Shown: positions 24,994 through 34,164, numbered from the stretch's first letter. The stretch: DNA of 41,983 bases from a virus (IMGVR_UViG_3300030097_000100:1-41983), one strand, 5' to 3'. Notes: generated by a model not told the origin, from the sequence alone. Numbers and translations: made by a program.

Positions 24994-25376
24994 AGTTGGT
25001 TGTCAGCCTCAAAAGTTTTGCCAGCGCTACCAAAGCTAAATTGTGATTCGTCAATAGGTAGGCATCCGTTAATATCTTGCTTGTACGCCCATGCAATTAG
25101 CGCATTATCGTACTGCATATCATCACCATACTTTAACTGTTTGAATGATGTACTTGCACCGCTGGCCGCTTTCTCTTGCGTTACTTGAGTTTCACCAGTT
25201 GATGATTGAAGCGAGCCAGCAACGTATGAATTGGCAATATCATCAGCAACATCGGCGCTGTAAGTTGACTGCAAGCAAATATAAGCACCAGTAGTAAACG
25301 CAGCAATACGTGCGTTAATCATTCCATCTGAACCAGTGCCACCGTATTCTTTTACTGTTTCTAGTGTAAATGCCAT
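24990..25376 (-). CDS. Head-tail adaptor protein
   Basis: CL...Y, Q.....AASGAS.SF, D..GCL motifs; neck position. Confidence 0.65.
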   Translation of the reverse strand: MAFTLETVKEYGGTGSDGMINARIAAFTTGAYICLQSTYSADVADDIANSYVAGSLQSSTGETQVTQEKAASGASTSFKQLKYGDDMQYDNALIAWAYKQDINGCLPIDESQFSFGSAGKTFEADNQL

Positions 25377-25795
25377 TATTTACCTGCCAATTTACTAAAG
25401 TCGAATGTGTTAGCGATGATGATAATAATTAATGCTGTGAAAACGAATGGAACTGCAACTTTCATAATATAGTTATCAATCCACTTCTGCATTTTGGTAG
25501 ACCACCTAATGCCGTCCTCGTTAGCTTTAAGCGTCTCTTTGATGTTATCTATCTGCTCTTGAGAATGCACCCTATTAGCGCCAATTAATTCCTGCGTCTT
25601 TTGGTCTTTTTCCTCCCTAACCTTTTCAGCCATCACTAATTCATTAACTGATGATGCTAATTGTTGCAAAGAAATCTGTGTTTGCTTCATAGTTTCACGC
25701 ATATCATCAGCATTTTTTTGTTGCATTTCAGATTGATGCGCCATGTACTTTTCAATAGTTTGCAAATGTAGCGGGGTAACTATATCGTCACTCAT
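25376..25795 (-). CDS. Coiled-coil protein with C-terminal transmembrane helix
   Basis: Heptad-rich N-terminus; VAVPFVFTALIIIIIA. Confidence 0.7.
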   Translation of the reverse strand: MSDDIVTPLHLQTIEKYMAHQSEMQQKNADDMRETMKQTQISLQQLASSVNELVMAEKVREEKDQKTQELIGANRVHSQEQIDNIKETLKANEDGIRWSTKMQKWIDNYIMKVAVPFVFTALIIIIIANTFDFSKLAGK

Positions 25796-25797
25796 CT

Positions 25798-26358
25798 TTA
25801 TTTACCTTGGTTAATCTTTTTGACAGTATACCAAAAATAAACAAGATAGACATTAACGCGCATGATACTGCAAGTACGCACAAGCTCATCCACCAGCCGG
25901 TCAAAGATGAATTTATCCCTATATAACGAAACAATGATTGCAGCATGAATAAGCACAATGATATTTTCGTAGTAGCGCCAAGCAACTGTTTCAATATATG
26001 CATTAATGTACGAGTCCCACGCCATAAATAACAAGAATAAAATCATTATAACACAGCACATTAGCGTATTTTTATTCGTTGTTTGTCGTATGTGTAAGCC
26101 AGCGACAGCAATCCATGTGAGAAGAATCGCACAGTAAAAGGTTAAGCCATATATTGGTGGTGGTAGTGATGATGGAATTAAATCAATGAATGAAAGTGTC
26201 TCACATAATAAAAAAGCCACACCAAATAGGTATGACTTTCTAATAGAAATTAAGTAACCTAAAAATATTAGATTACTTAGATTTTGGCTTGTCGGTGCTA
26301 GGCTTAGAAGGCCTTGCTGGTTTATTAGTTGTAGCCACGTTAAAAACTCCTCAATCAT
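25798..26358 (-). CDS. Multi-pass membrane protein
   Basis: About five hydrophobic segments. Confidence 0.7.
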   Translation of the reverse strand: MIEEFLTWLQLINQQGLLSLAPTSQNLSNLIFLGYLISIRKSYLFGVAFLLCETLSFIDLIPSSLPPPIYGLTFYCAILLTWIAVAGLHIRQTTNKNTLMCCVIMILFLLFMAWDSYINAYIETVAWRYYENIIVLIHAAIIVSLYRDKFIFDRLVDELVRTCSIMRVNVYLVYFWYTVKKINQGK

Positions 26359-26367
26359 TAGTTGAGC

Positions 26368-26814
26368 CTATAGTTTATCATAATCTTTAGCAGCTTTATC
26401 AAACTTATCAATTTTAGCCAGTGCAGACTTAACCGACCCCATAAAGCAACCATTATCAACGGCGCACTTATTAGCGTTATCACCTGTTAATATATGCTGA
26501 ATTGACGCTTTAATAACTGAGTCAGCCATAACTTTACCGCCCGTTTCTTTTAGCGCTTCAAACTTTGCGTTAATATCAGTTGGCCAATTGAGCAAAAACT
26601 CATGCCAGAATAATATTTTCTCACCAAGCTTTTTACCATACTGCTTAATAGTGTAGCACTCGCGATTGCCATTAACTGGTTTTATGTCTTCCCACTCGCT
26701 ATGAGCAAAGATATACTTTTGCGCAGCATCAATGCGAGAATCTGAGTACTTAGAGCCGCTTGTAGATTGTTCTGAAAATGCTAGTAAAAAATCAAACTGC
26801 TTCTTTGTTATCAT
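26368..26814 (-). CDS. Putative transcriptional regulator with PapB/TrfB-like repeats
   Basis: MITKKQFDFLL..S...RIDAAQKYI and FEAL...SVIKASIQHILTG......A..NG.....V..AL.KI resemble PapB-type HTH units. Confidence 0.45.
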   Translation of the reverse strand: MITKKQFDFLLAFSEQSTSGSKYSDSRIDAAQKYIFAHSEWEDIKPVNGNRECYTIKQYGKKLGEKILFWHEFLLNWPTDINAKFEALKETGGKVMADSVIKASIQHILTGDNANKCAVDNGCFMGSVKSALAKIDKFDKAAKDYDKL

Positions 26815-26865
26815 CTATTCAATTCCTAATTTAAGTTTTAAATATAATAGCAGCTAAAAATAACA

Positions 26866-26894
26866 TTGACAACAAGCTAAGTGCTGTTTAGTAT
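26866..26894 (+). promoter_or_regulatory. Sigma70 promoter of an inserted early cassette
   Basis: TTGACA-17-TAGTAT. Confidence 0.7.
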
Positions 26895-26924
26895 TATGTT
26901 TAACTTAATTTGATGGAGAATGAA

Positions 26925-27263
26925 ATGAGCGAAACAAAATTTACTAAAGGTGAGTGGTTTGCAATTGTTGATGATGAGTGTTGCTTCATCGACAATTGCG
27001 AGAAAGGTCTTATTGCAGACCTAGAAGAATCTGACGCGCCTTGCGATGAGGCTGAGGCAAACGCGCACCTTATAGCCGCTGCACCTGATATGTATGCGCA
27101 GCTTGAATCGGTTATTGGTGAGCTATTTATGTTGATTGATGAAGTCAGCGACCAAAGAGCTAGCCGTATAAATTCACAAACTGAAACAGAGCCTGATTAT
27201 CACGATATGGAAACTTTACATAACATACAGATTTTACTAGCAAAAGCGCGGGGTGAGAAATGA
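26925..27263 (+). CDS. Conserved phage hypothetical protein
   Basis: KFTKGEW...ANAHLIAAAPDMY..L...AKARGE motif; start after GGAG. Confidence 0.8.
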   Translation: MSETKFTKGEWFAIVDDECCFIDNCEKGLIADLEESDAPCDEAEANAHLIAAAPDMYAQLESVIGELFMLIDEVSDQRASRINSQTETEPDYHDMETLHNIQILLAKARGEK

Positions 27264-27451
27264 AGCGCATCAGCAATAAACGCAAAAAGCACTTAAAACT
27301 AAGGAGAAAGCTTTTTATTATTGATATTTTGAATCATATAGAGCAACTTAAATTTACCAGCAAGCGAGCGCCTGAAAGTGTAGTTATGAGTGCATCCACA
27401 GCCAAAAATCTTGGTATTGACATTGATGATGGTGGTGAAAAATGCAACTAA
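27260..27451 (+). CDS. Hypothetical protein
   Basis: ATGA-coupled. Confidence 0.6.
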   Translation: MKRISNKRKKHLKLRRKLFIIDILNHIEQLKFTSKRAPESVVMSASTAKNLGIDIDDGGEKCN

Positions 27452-27555
27452 TAACTGAATACGCTTTTTACCTAACAGTGTTTGTAGTTATTTGCGCTGC
27501 TGGTATTGCGCTGATTGATTTTTATAACGATATTATTGAAGGAATTGAAGAATGA
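27442..27555 (+). CDS. 37-aa single-TM protein
   Basis: Hand-read MQLITEYAFYLTVFVVICAAGIALIDFYNDIIEGIEE; ATGA-coupled to the next gene. Confidence 0.55.
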   Translation: MQLITEYAFYLTVFVVICAAGIALIDFYNDIIEGIEE

Positions 27556-27743
27556 ACGACATGACAGATTTAAGCTTTACACAAACATTTAGAGCAATGG
27601 CAAGTAAGCCTGTATCAAGAGTGGAAAGAAGCTACAAACCTTGGTGGGTGATTGCGGCAGAGCACAACAAAAAGCCAAAGGTTTTAATCGACCGCAGGGC
27701 TAAATGCTGGAAAAGTCAGCCTAACGTATTTATGGGGTGTTGA
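27552..27743 (+). CDS. Hypothetical protein
   Basis: Coupled ORF with AAGGA RBS. Confidence 0.6.
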   Translation: MNDMTDLSFTQTFRAMASKPVSRVERSYKPWWVIAAEHNKKPKVLIDRRAKCWKSQPNVFMGC

Positions 27744-27955
27744 TTATGGAATGGAAAAATACAAATGATGCAAAGCCACACTATGGGCAGGTTGTAAAAC
27801 TAAAAATAGATGGTGCAATTCAAGATTCAACTTTTATTTTTGATGGTGCAGATAATTGTAGCGACTGGTTTGAGGTTAAGAAGGCCGATAACTATGAGGA
27901 CGCTGTTTTTGATAATTCAAAACACAATCTTGAATGGATGGAGTTTTCTGAATAA
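27737..27955 (+). CDS. Hypothetical protein (DUF551-like architecture)
   Basis: MEWK....KP..GQ.V ... WM; ends just before a terminator. Confidence 0.6.
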   Translation: MLIMEWKNTNDAKPHYGQVVKLKIDGAIQDSTFIFDGADNCSDWFEVKKADNYEDAVFDNSKHNLEWMEFSE

Positions 27956-27957
27956 AC

Positions 27958-27982
27958 AAAGCCCTCGCAATGAGGGCTTTTT
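27958..27982. terminator. Bidirectional intrinsic terminator
   Basis: AAAGCCCTC-gcaat-GAGGGCTTTTT between convergent genes. Confidence 0.85.
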
Positions 27983-27983
27983 G

Positions 27984-28529
27984 CTATCTACCTTTCTGCG
28001 TCCTTTCCACTTGCAACTCAATGTTATAAATAGAGCTTGTGCCGCCTATAGACGTTATTGTTGGGATACCGCCATTAGCTAAAAACGTTGATCCTGTATA
28101 TCCTGGCATCACAAAGTTAAAAGCCTGCTCAGTATTTGCACCCTTAATAAATAATTGACTGTCAGGAAATATAACCCCAAACGCGCCGCCAATATCAATA
28201 CCAAACTTAATGTAACCATTAGACGCTGCTGAGTTTTTAGCAAAGAATCTATAGGTGAAGGTAAACTTATCCAATTCATTAACTGCAATTATCTTACCCG
28301 TTACTGAGTCGTAAAAATCAGTAACACCATCAGGTAATTGCGATTTTATCGTCTGCCCTGCGTTGTTAGGTAATGCTACGGTTGCAGCATCAGCAATAGT
28401 AAATGGGTTAGCCTCATCGTATTGCGTATCAAAGTAACGCGCCCAGCCATTTTCAGCGCGTAAATTTGCGTAAAACAAAGAGTCTGCCTCGGCGGTACTT
28501 ATACCACCCGAACCGCCAATTTTAGCCAT
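27984..28529 (-). CDS. Putative virion accessory protein (beta-rich)
   Basis: Gly/Thr-rich beta-strand pattern; part of a four-gene cassette. Confidence 0.6.
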   Translation of the reverse strand: MAKIGGSGGISTAEADSLFYANLRAENGWARYFDTQYDEANPFTIADAATVALPNNAGQTIKSQLPDGVTDFYDSVTGKIIAVNELDKFTFTYRFFAKNSAASNGYIKFGIDIGGAFGVIFPDSQLFIKGANTEQAFNFVMPGYTGSTFLANGGIPTITSIGGTSSIYNIELQVERTQKGR

Positions 28530-28530
28530 A

Positions 28531-28815
28531 TTAAATCACCTCTACATTAATAACGCCTTCACTAACTAAGCATGTTGCAATAACACCCGGTGCGTTAGCT
28601 TCTGTTGTAACTTGCCAATACTGCGGTGCTGTTGTGCCGCCGTCTTTTTCAACGGATGCAGTAGCTTCATGTATGTAAACAGGTAAGCTACCCTTGTTTT
28701 GAATACGTAAAGCAGCACCAACGGTAACGGCAGGATAGCCAGCTTGCTCGTTAAGTCGTGCATAAACGTCATTATCAACGTTTGGTTGTAGTTTGATATT
28801 CGGTCTAGTTGCCAT
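28531..28815 (-). CDS. Putative small virion protein
   Basis: L.IQNKG..PVYI motif; AGAGGA RBS. Confidence 0.6.
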   Translation of the reverse strand: MATRPNIKLQPNVDNDVYARLNEQAGYPAVTVGAALRIQNKGSLPVYIHEATASVEKDGGTTAPQYWQVTTEANAPGVIATCLVSEGVINVEVI

Positions 28816-29098
28816 TGTTTATGTCCTCTGGTGTAAAATGTTTAGCGACTTCTCTCGCTTGTTCGATATTGCAAATAAATGGGCCAATAGCACCACTATT
28901 AATCTGCTCAATTGTTTCGCTTGCTGATAAGTATTTAAACTCTGCATCGGCGTATTCAGCCTCTAGCTTTGGCAAGTCAGACTCAGTGAATACTAGCAAT
29001 CTGTAATCACCATACAGCGTCGCGTTAGGTCGAACGGTTGCTAACTTAGCATGCCAACCAGCATCAGTAACAAAGGCGTATAAATCATTATTACTCAT
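28805..29098 (-). CDS. Hypothetical protein
   Basis: GGAGG RBS then ATG 29098 overlapping the upstream stop. Confidence 0.7.
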   Translation of the reverse strand: MSNNDLYAFVTDAGWHAKLATVRPNATLYGDYRLLVFTESDLPKLEAEYADAEFKYLSASETIEQINSGAIGPFICNIEQAREVAKHFTPEDINNGN

Positions 29099-29673
29099 AC
29101 TTCCTCCCACGTGTCAGTATAGTTCGCTATGGTTGCCGATACGTTACCGACAGTTGGTAACTGAGTAGCTCCTTGAGCTTTGTTTGTTAGTGGTATATGG
29201 TTTATAACAACACCCTGCTCATCTCTTACAATTAAATCCTTGAAAGACCCCTGTAGTAACCTTTCGAATGAAAACCTACAACCTAGATTTTTTATCTCTG
29301 TAGCTAAGTTTGCGGACTCTACTGACACGGAATGAAACTCACCATCAGCAGGTAGTAAGTTGTTATCAATTCCATCAACCATTAAGTTTGCTAAATAACC
29401 AGAGCTACCTAGAAATAAACTCGTCTCGCCACTGTAAAAACACGCTGTATTAGTATCGGACTCACCACTAATCACGTATTCATTCATTCCAGCTGAACCT
29501 ATCGGCCTGAGGAGTGAGAACTCAATCTTACCACCAACAGGAACTTGTATTGGTTCACTAAACTGAAGGTACTTGGTTAACCCATCGAGCTGGTAAATGT
29601 AATTCTTAACAGGCTCTAACGCACCATTAACAAATCCTGCTTGCTCTAATATTGGAGCGTGTAAAATAGGCAT
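29095..29673 (-). CDS. LamG/ConA-like beta-sandwich protein, possible head fibre or adhesin
   Basis: LDGLTKYLQF, VDG, DGEFHSV, LG.RF....LQGS.KDL pattern. Confidence 0.5.
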   Translation of the reverse strand: MPILHAPILEQAGFVNGALEPVKNYIYQLDGLTKYLQFSEPIQVPVGGKIEFSLLRPIGSAGMNEYVISGESDTNTACFYSGETSLFLGSSGYLANLMVDGIDNNLLPADGEFHSVSVESANLATEIKNLGCRFSFERLLQGSFKDLIVRDEQGVVINHIPLTNKAQGATQLPTVGNVSATIANYTDTWEEV

Positions 29674-29736
29674 ATTCTAGCCCCTTAAATAATAGTTAAC
29701 TCATTATACATTATTTAACCATCTAATAAAAAATTC

Positions 29737-29765
29737 TTGCATAGGTAAAAATAAAGCGCTATTGT
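29737..29765 (+). promoter_or_regulatory. Sigma70 promoter of an inserted early cassette
   Basis: TTGCAT-17-TATTGT. Confidence 0.6.
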
Positions 29766-29796
29766 GTTAGTGTTATTTTTAATTGGAGGTTGTGTA

Positions 29797-29994
29797 ATGA
29801 GTGAGTGGATTAGCGTTGGTGATAGGCTGCCAAATGATGGTGAGTTAGTTTTGATAGTTACCGTTAGCGGTGACTTAACAGATTACAACTTTGCAAAGTG
29901 GAGTGGAGATTACTGGACTAGAAAGGCTTGGCCCCTTGGTTATGCTCCAACCCATTGGATGCCATTACCAGAGCCACCAAAAAATAAAATTTAA
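29797..29994 (+). CDS. DUF551-family protein
   Basis: MSEWISVGDRLP ... THWMPLPEPP; GGAGG RBS. Confidence 0.88.
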   Translation: MSEWISVGDRLPNDGELVLIVTVSGDLTDYNFAKWSGDYWTRKAWPLGYAPTHWMPLPEPPKNKI

Positions 29995-30028
29995 TTATTG
30001 ACTAGCTTTAACATATTTGGAGATTATT

Positions 30029-30379
30029 ATGGAATTAAAATTTAGATGCTTTTGCCTGTACAATAAAGAAATGCTTTATTCAGATAGACACTACCCTAAC
30101 CTTGAAGCTTATTTCGGTGACCAATCGAGTGATACAAGTGATTATATGCAATACACTGGGGTAAAAGATAAAAACGGCATTGAGATTTATGAGGGTGATA
30201 TTGTGATGTGCTACCCAGATGAGATTAACCTTGCGTACAGTAAAGTTGTTAAGTGGCACAAAGATAGGGCTGAGCTAGGCATAACCGTAGATAGCAGTGG
30301 CCTAATTTTATGTAGCAGCGCATCTTCCTATATTTTAGTTATCGGCAATATCTACGAAAACCCTGAGTTATTGGAGTAA
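30029..30379 (+). CDS. YopX-family protein (second copy)
   Basis: MELKFR, MQYTGVKDKNG.EIYEGDI, VIGNIYENPELLE. Confidence 0.9.
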   Translation: MELKFRCFCLYNKEMLYSDRHYPNLEAYFGDQSSDTSDYMQYTGVKDKNGIEIYEGDIVMCYPDEINLAYSKVVKWHKDRAELGITVDSSGLILCSSASSYILVIGNIYENPELLE

Positions 30380-30384
30380 TCAAA

Positions 30385-30597
30385 ATGACACACGCAACTA
30401 AAACACTGCGCGATAAATATATGGTGCGCGCTCAGGATATTGGCAGCAATGCTATTAAACTTGTTAATGAGTTTTTTAATTTCGGCATCTATGACACTGT
30501 AACTTATCTTTATGGTCTTGCTACGTGTTTAGATGATTACCAATGGACACTATCAGACCTAGACAGAGCGCTTGATGCTATGGCTGGTGCAAAATGA
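30385..30597 (+). CDS. Hypothetical protein
   Basis: GGAG RBS, in cassette. Confidence 0.65.
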   Translation: MTHATKTLRDKYMVRAQDIGSNAIKLVNEFFNFGIYDTVTYLYGLATCLDDYQWTLSDLDRALDAMAGAK

Positions 30598-30791
30598 ACT
30601 TAGAGCAAATAGCACAGCAATCAATGGAATATTTAGATAGTGTAGGTTTGGCGGCTGATTATAAGTTAACGCACGTTATGCTAACTGTCGTTACTGATGA
30701 TGGTGTGTTCAATACAAGGCTGGGTGAGTGCAATTGTAAAATGATAAATCAGGTTATGAAAGCATACCCACAAAAAAGCCCTGCTAAATAA
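30594..30791 (+). CDS. Hypothetical protein
   Basis: ATGA-coupled. Confidence 0.6.
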   Translation: MNLEQIAQQSMEYLDSVGLAADYKLTHVMLTVVTDDGVFNTRLGECNCKMINQVMKAYPQKSPAK

Positions 30792-30800
30792 CAGGGCTTT
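30772..30800. terminator. Terminator of the capsid operon (probably bidirectional)
   Basis: AAAAAAGCCCTG/CAGGGCTTT. Confidence 0.8.
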
Positions 30801-30817
30801 CGTTTGCAATCGTTAGA

Positions 30818-30997
30818 TTACTTTTTGGCTTTAGTGCTTTTAGTCTCTGTCTTTGCAGCTTCAACCTTTACAGCGTATCCGCTGGTAATCATTGACTCAG
30901 CTGTTTTGGTGTCAACTTCTTGCTCACCTAATGCCAACTCAGTCAAAACACCATCAACCTTAGCAAAATGAGCTTTTTTAGTTACATTAACTTTCAT
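30818..30997 (-). CDS. 59-aa protein after the major capsid gene (lambda FI-like position)
   Basis: Hand-read MKVNVTKKAHFAKVDG...AKTETKSTKAKK with a Lys-rich tail. Confidence 0.7.
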   Translation of the reverse strand: MKVNVTKKAHFAKVDGVLTELALGEQEVDTKTAESMITSGYAVKVEAAKTETKSTKAKK

Positions 30998-31008
30998 AGC
31001 TCACCCAC

Positions 31009-32082
31009 TTATGCGCCAGAAGCGTACACAGTTGATTTCAAGCCGCTAAATGTATTCTTAGACTGGAAGCCAGCCGCGAACCATTTAACGAACTGGTACG
31101 GGTCGTTGTGCTTAAAGCGTGGCATTTGGTAGCTTGACATCATCATACCAACTTTAGCATGTAGACCTTGCTGACCGATAATAGAGATTAAAATCTGATT
31201 GCCTGAAAGCTGACTATCTGCTTGTATTGACGAAAACTCAGGGATTAGCTGGCTAACAGCCGCCATGATATTCATAAAACCAGTGTTGTTTGATGCACCG
31301 ATGCGCTGGAAGTTAGACATGATTTGTGGTGATACTTTCAACACAAATGGACCAGACTTCTTATTTGCAATGCGCAGAACATCAAGAGCCGCCAGCAATT
31401 CTGCAACCGCTTCTGCGTCGCTTGTAGCTGATGCTGATAAGTCTTTTTGCAGTGTGTACGTTGCAATTGAGCTATCACCTTTTAAGCCACCCCAAACCGC
31501 TGTATCAACTTTAAGCGATGCATCACCATTCCAAAGATAGTCATTCACATCTTCAAGCAATGAAAACTCAATTTCCATTGAATCTTCTGCAAGCGCTGGC
31601 AAAGCCTCGCTTTGCATAGCTGCAACATCACGGAAGTCACGCTCATAGCCACCGTCAAAGATAGGAACGATAGTTTTTTGATAGTTACTTTCAGTCTTAT
31701 CCATCTTAATATCAGTTTGACCTGACATTGAGCGGGTAATACGGCCTGCCTCACTGTATCGGCGAGATTCAATAACTTTCTTACCAATGCTTACAGTTTG
31801 AGCTGTTGATAGTAAGTCACCTAAAAGGTTTTGTGAACCCCAATCGCGATCTTCACCAGTTGCAGTACCATCAACTAAGCGGTACATTTCGTCAACGCGA
31901 AGCATATTAACTGACATATCTTTTTCGGCTTTATTTACGCCAAAAGTTTCGCCTGTATGCTTCAGTAAATCCAATGACGCATTAACACCCGATTTACGGA
32001 AGTCTTGCAAGTCATTCCATTGGCGGTTTAGTGCATGTAGCTCTTTGCCGCTTTTACCTTTAAAATTAAAATAAATGCTCAT
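31009..32082 (-). CDS. Major capsid protein
   Basis: 357 aa after protease and decoration genes; VSIGK, RSMSGQ, VPIFD.G..RD.R, YLWNGD. Confidence 0.88.
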   Translation of the reverse strand: MSIYFNFKGKSGKELHALNRQWNDLQDFRKSGVNASLDLLKHTGETFGVNKAEKDMSVNMLRVDEMYRLVDGTATGEDRDWGSQNLLGDLLSTAQTVSIGKKVIESRRYSEAGRITRSMSGQTDIKMDKTESNYQKTIVPIFDGGYERDFRDVAAMQSEALPALAEDSMEIEFSLLEDVNDYLWNGDASLKVDTAVWGGLKGDSSIATYTLQKDLSASATSDAEAVAELLAALDVLRIANKKSGPFVLKVSPQIMSNFQRIGASNNTGFMNIMAAVSQLIPEFSSIQADSQLSGNQILISIIGQQGLHAKVGMMMSSYQMPRFKHNDPYQFVKWFAAGFQSKNTFSGLKSTVYASGA

Positions 32083-32092
32083 CGTTTACCCC

Positions 32093-32542
32093 TTAAAGTG
32101 CGCGACATAAAACTAAAGTGCCAGCGGCAGTTACGTTAATAACTTCTTCTGTCACTGCGAATAACTGCTCAGTGCCATCAGTAGCCCCAAGTTTAAAATC
32201 ACCGTCGCCGTTAGATGCAACCGGCAAACCTTTGCTTGTTACGTTTTGCGTGTTTGCAAATGATAGCAATACAAAATCACCAGTGTTAACCGAGATAGCT
32301 TCAACTGTATCACCAACAGTAACCGCTGTAGACGTTGAACCGCCTAGAGTTTGTGGCTGGTCGTCACAGATTAAAAACTCGTTACCGAATGTGGTAGATG
32401 CTTTAGCTGTTACATCGATTGCACTAGCTGCACCACGTGCAAGTAGCTGACCCGGTTTAAATGCAGACTGCGCTAAACCTTCAATTGTTTGTTTGATACG
32501 ACCTACGCCGCCAACAAAAATACTGTTTTTTCCTGCTGCCAT
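32093..32542 (-). CDS. Capsid decoration protein
   Basis: N.IF.GG, EG.A..A.KPG, G..VASNGDG; between protease and capsid. Confidence 0.75.
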   Translation of the reverse strand: MAAGKNSIFVGGVGRIKQTIEGLAQSAFKPGQLLARGAASAIDVTAKASTTFGNEFLICDDQPQTLGGSTSTAVTVGDTVEAISVNTGDFVLLSFANTQNVTSKGLPVASNGDGDFKLGATDGTEQLFAVTEEVINVTAAGTLVLCRAL

Positions 32543-32547
32543 TGTGA

Positions 32548-33924
32548 TTACTCCTCAAGACCAGGTTTGCGCGAACGGTATTCATCTTCGCTAGAGTTAA
32601 TATTTACATTGCGACCACTATGCTGTGCGCCGTAACCTTCCGCTAAAAACTCAGCACCGTTAGCTGCCAAGAATGCTTTAGCTTTAGTTAAGCCCAATGC
32701 TTTTGCATCTTCTGCGTCTAATCCTTTATTAAGCGCTGCAACTTGCTCAGCTACTTCATTAAGCTCTTTATCAGCGTTAGCTGTTAGTTGGTCTTGCAAA
32801 GGTTTAACAGCGGCGTTAACAGCTTGTTCAACGATTTGCGTTACATCTTCTTTAGTAAAACCCTCACTAGCATTTACGGCAAGCTTAGATTTCATTAGAG
32901 TTTTAAGCTCATCGTCTGAGACTTGGCTATTAGTAGCTAAGCCTAACGCTTCGAGCATTTCACTACGATCCATAATTAGATCCTCATTTAGTTGGTTTAC
33001 GTCAAATTCTTGACTATTGTAGCCTTTATCTGTGGCTGGTGCAAAAACGTTAGCCTTTACAAATTTCTTAACTACTTTTTGCGCCTCACCAGACAGTATT
33101 ACAGAGTCATTACTATCAATTTCATAACCTAGCTGGTAATAATTACCATCGTCAGAGTCGTCAATATAAATGAAGTAATTATCATAAACCTCAACAACCC
33201 ACTTGTATCGCTCGCGCTGATTATCATCGTTAACTTCATCATTTAATTGACGCCTAATATCATCATGACTAAGCGCGTTAATTCCTGCCAGCTTCTTAGC
33301 TGCATTCCACGCCTTTTTTATTCTGCTTCGCTTATCCTTACACTGTTTATCTAATGGCTCGTAATCGTCAACATTAAACACTTGAACATCTTCACCATTA
33401 AAGCGCATAACAGTAGCATCACCACCGGCAGGCTTTTCCGATTCGTGAAGCATGGCAAGGTGGTCAAATGACATATTGCGAGCAATCATCTTGTAACCTT
33501 CGCCACTTTCGTTGTTAGCTTCAAAAGTTAAACCTGTGCTTACACCGATAGGCTCGCCACTATCTAGACGATTAGCAAAGTATTCACCCATATCAGATGC
33601 GCGCAATTTCTTCTCGTCAATATCCGAATCAGCATACCAAACACCATCTTTATTGTAAGTGTTAGTAACTTTACCGCCAGAATAGAAATCAATGCCATCA
33701 GGCGAGAATACGGACACATTGCGACCGTCATTATCAGCAGGATGGGTTAACGTCATAGGCATGCCATTTAAAGTTTTCATGCCTTTAGCATTTTCGTCTG
33801 CTGGGTATTTAATGTTATTCATAATGGCACCATCAACAGTGATAGGAATGCCATTAATTTGATACTTGCCGTCAGACTTTTTAACAGTCGTCTTGCTAGT
33901 GTTTGTTGCTAGTATGATGCGCAT
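32548..33924 (-). CDS. Capsid maturation protease / scaffold (DUF2213 family)
   Basis: VDGAIMN...YP, P.TLTHP, VSTGL, FDHLAML...PAG; Ala/Glu-rich scaffold C-terminus. Confidence 0.85.
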   Translation of the reverse strand: MRIILATNTSKTTVKKSDGKYQINGIPITVDGAIMNNIKYPADENAKGMKTLNGMPMTLTHPADNDGRNVSVFSPDGIDFYSGGKVTNTYNKDGVWYADSDIDEKKLRASDMGEYFANRLDSGEPIGVSTGLTFEANNESGEGYKMIARNMSFDHLAMLHESEKPAGGDATVMRFNGEDVQVFNVDDYEPLDKQCKDKRSRIKKAWNAAKKLAGINALSHDDIRRQLNDEVNDDNQRERYKWVVEVYDNYFIYIDDSDDGNYYQLGYEIDSNDSVILSGEAQKVVKKFVKANVFAPATDKGYNSQEFDVNQLNEDLIMDRSEMLEALGLATNSQVSDDELKTLMKSKLAVNASEGFTKEDVTQIVEQAVNAAVKPLQDQLTANADKELNEVAEQVAALNKGLDAEDAKALGLTKAKAFLAANGAEFLAEGYGAQHSGRNVNINSSEDEYRSRKPGLEE

Positions 33925-33961
33925 AAAAAAGCCCCATGTGTTAGATAGGGCTATTGTATCA
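33925..33961 (-). promoter_or_regulatory. Extended -10 promoter overlapping a terminator-like hairpin directly before the protease start
   Basis: TGaTACAAT(33961-33953)-AGCCCTAT/ATGGGGCT stem-T run-ATG 33924. Confidence 0.55.
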
Positions 33962-33987
33962 CTTATTGTTAGCGTGTAAAAATGGGG

Positions 33988-34164
33988 TTAAGTTAAATAT
34001 TTATCAACGCCTTTAGGCTTGTTTTGCCTAATAAACTTTTCATAGTTTGCTATTTCTTTCTCAATCTTTGCCACTTCTTCAATTTCACCTAGTTCGCTAT
34101 GAGCTTTTGATTTAGCGCTAAGCTTTTTAATTTGTCGCCTGTAGTAGCTAAGATTGATACTCAT
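33988..34164 (-). CDS. Hypothetical protein, 58 aa
   Basis: Hand-read MSINLSYYRRQIKKL...DKYLT with GAGGGA RBS. Confidence 0.6.
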   Translation of the reverse strand: MSINLSYYRRQIKKLSAKSKAHSELGEIEEVAKIEKEIANYEKFIRQNKPKGVDKYLT

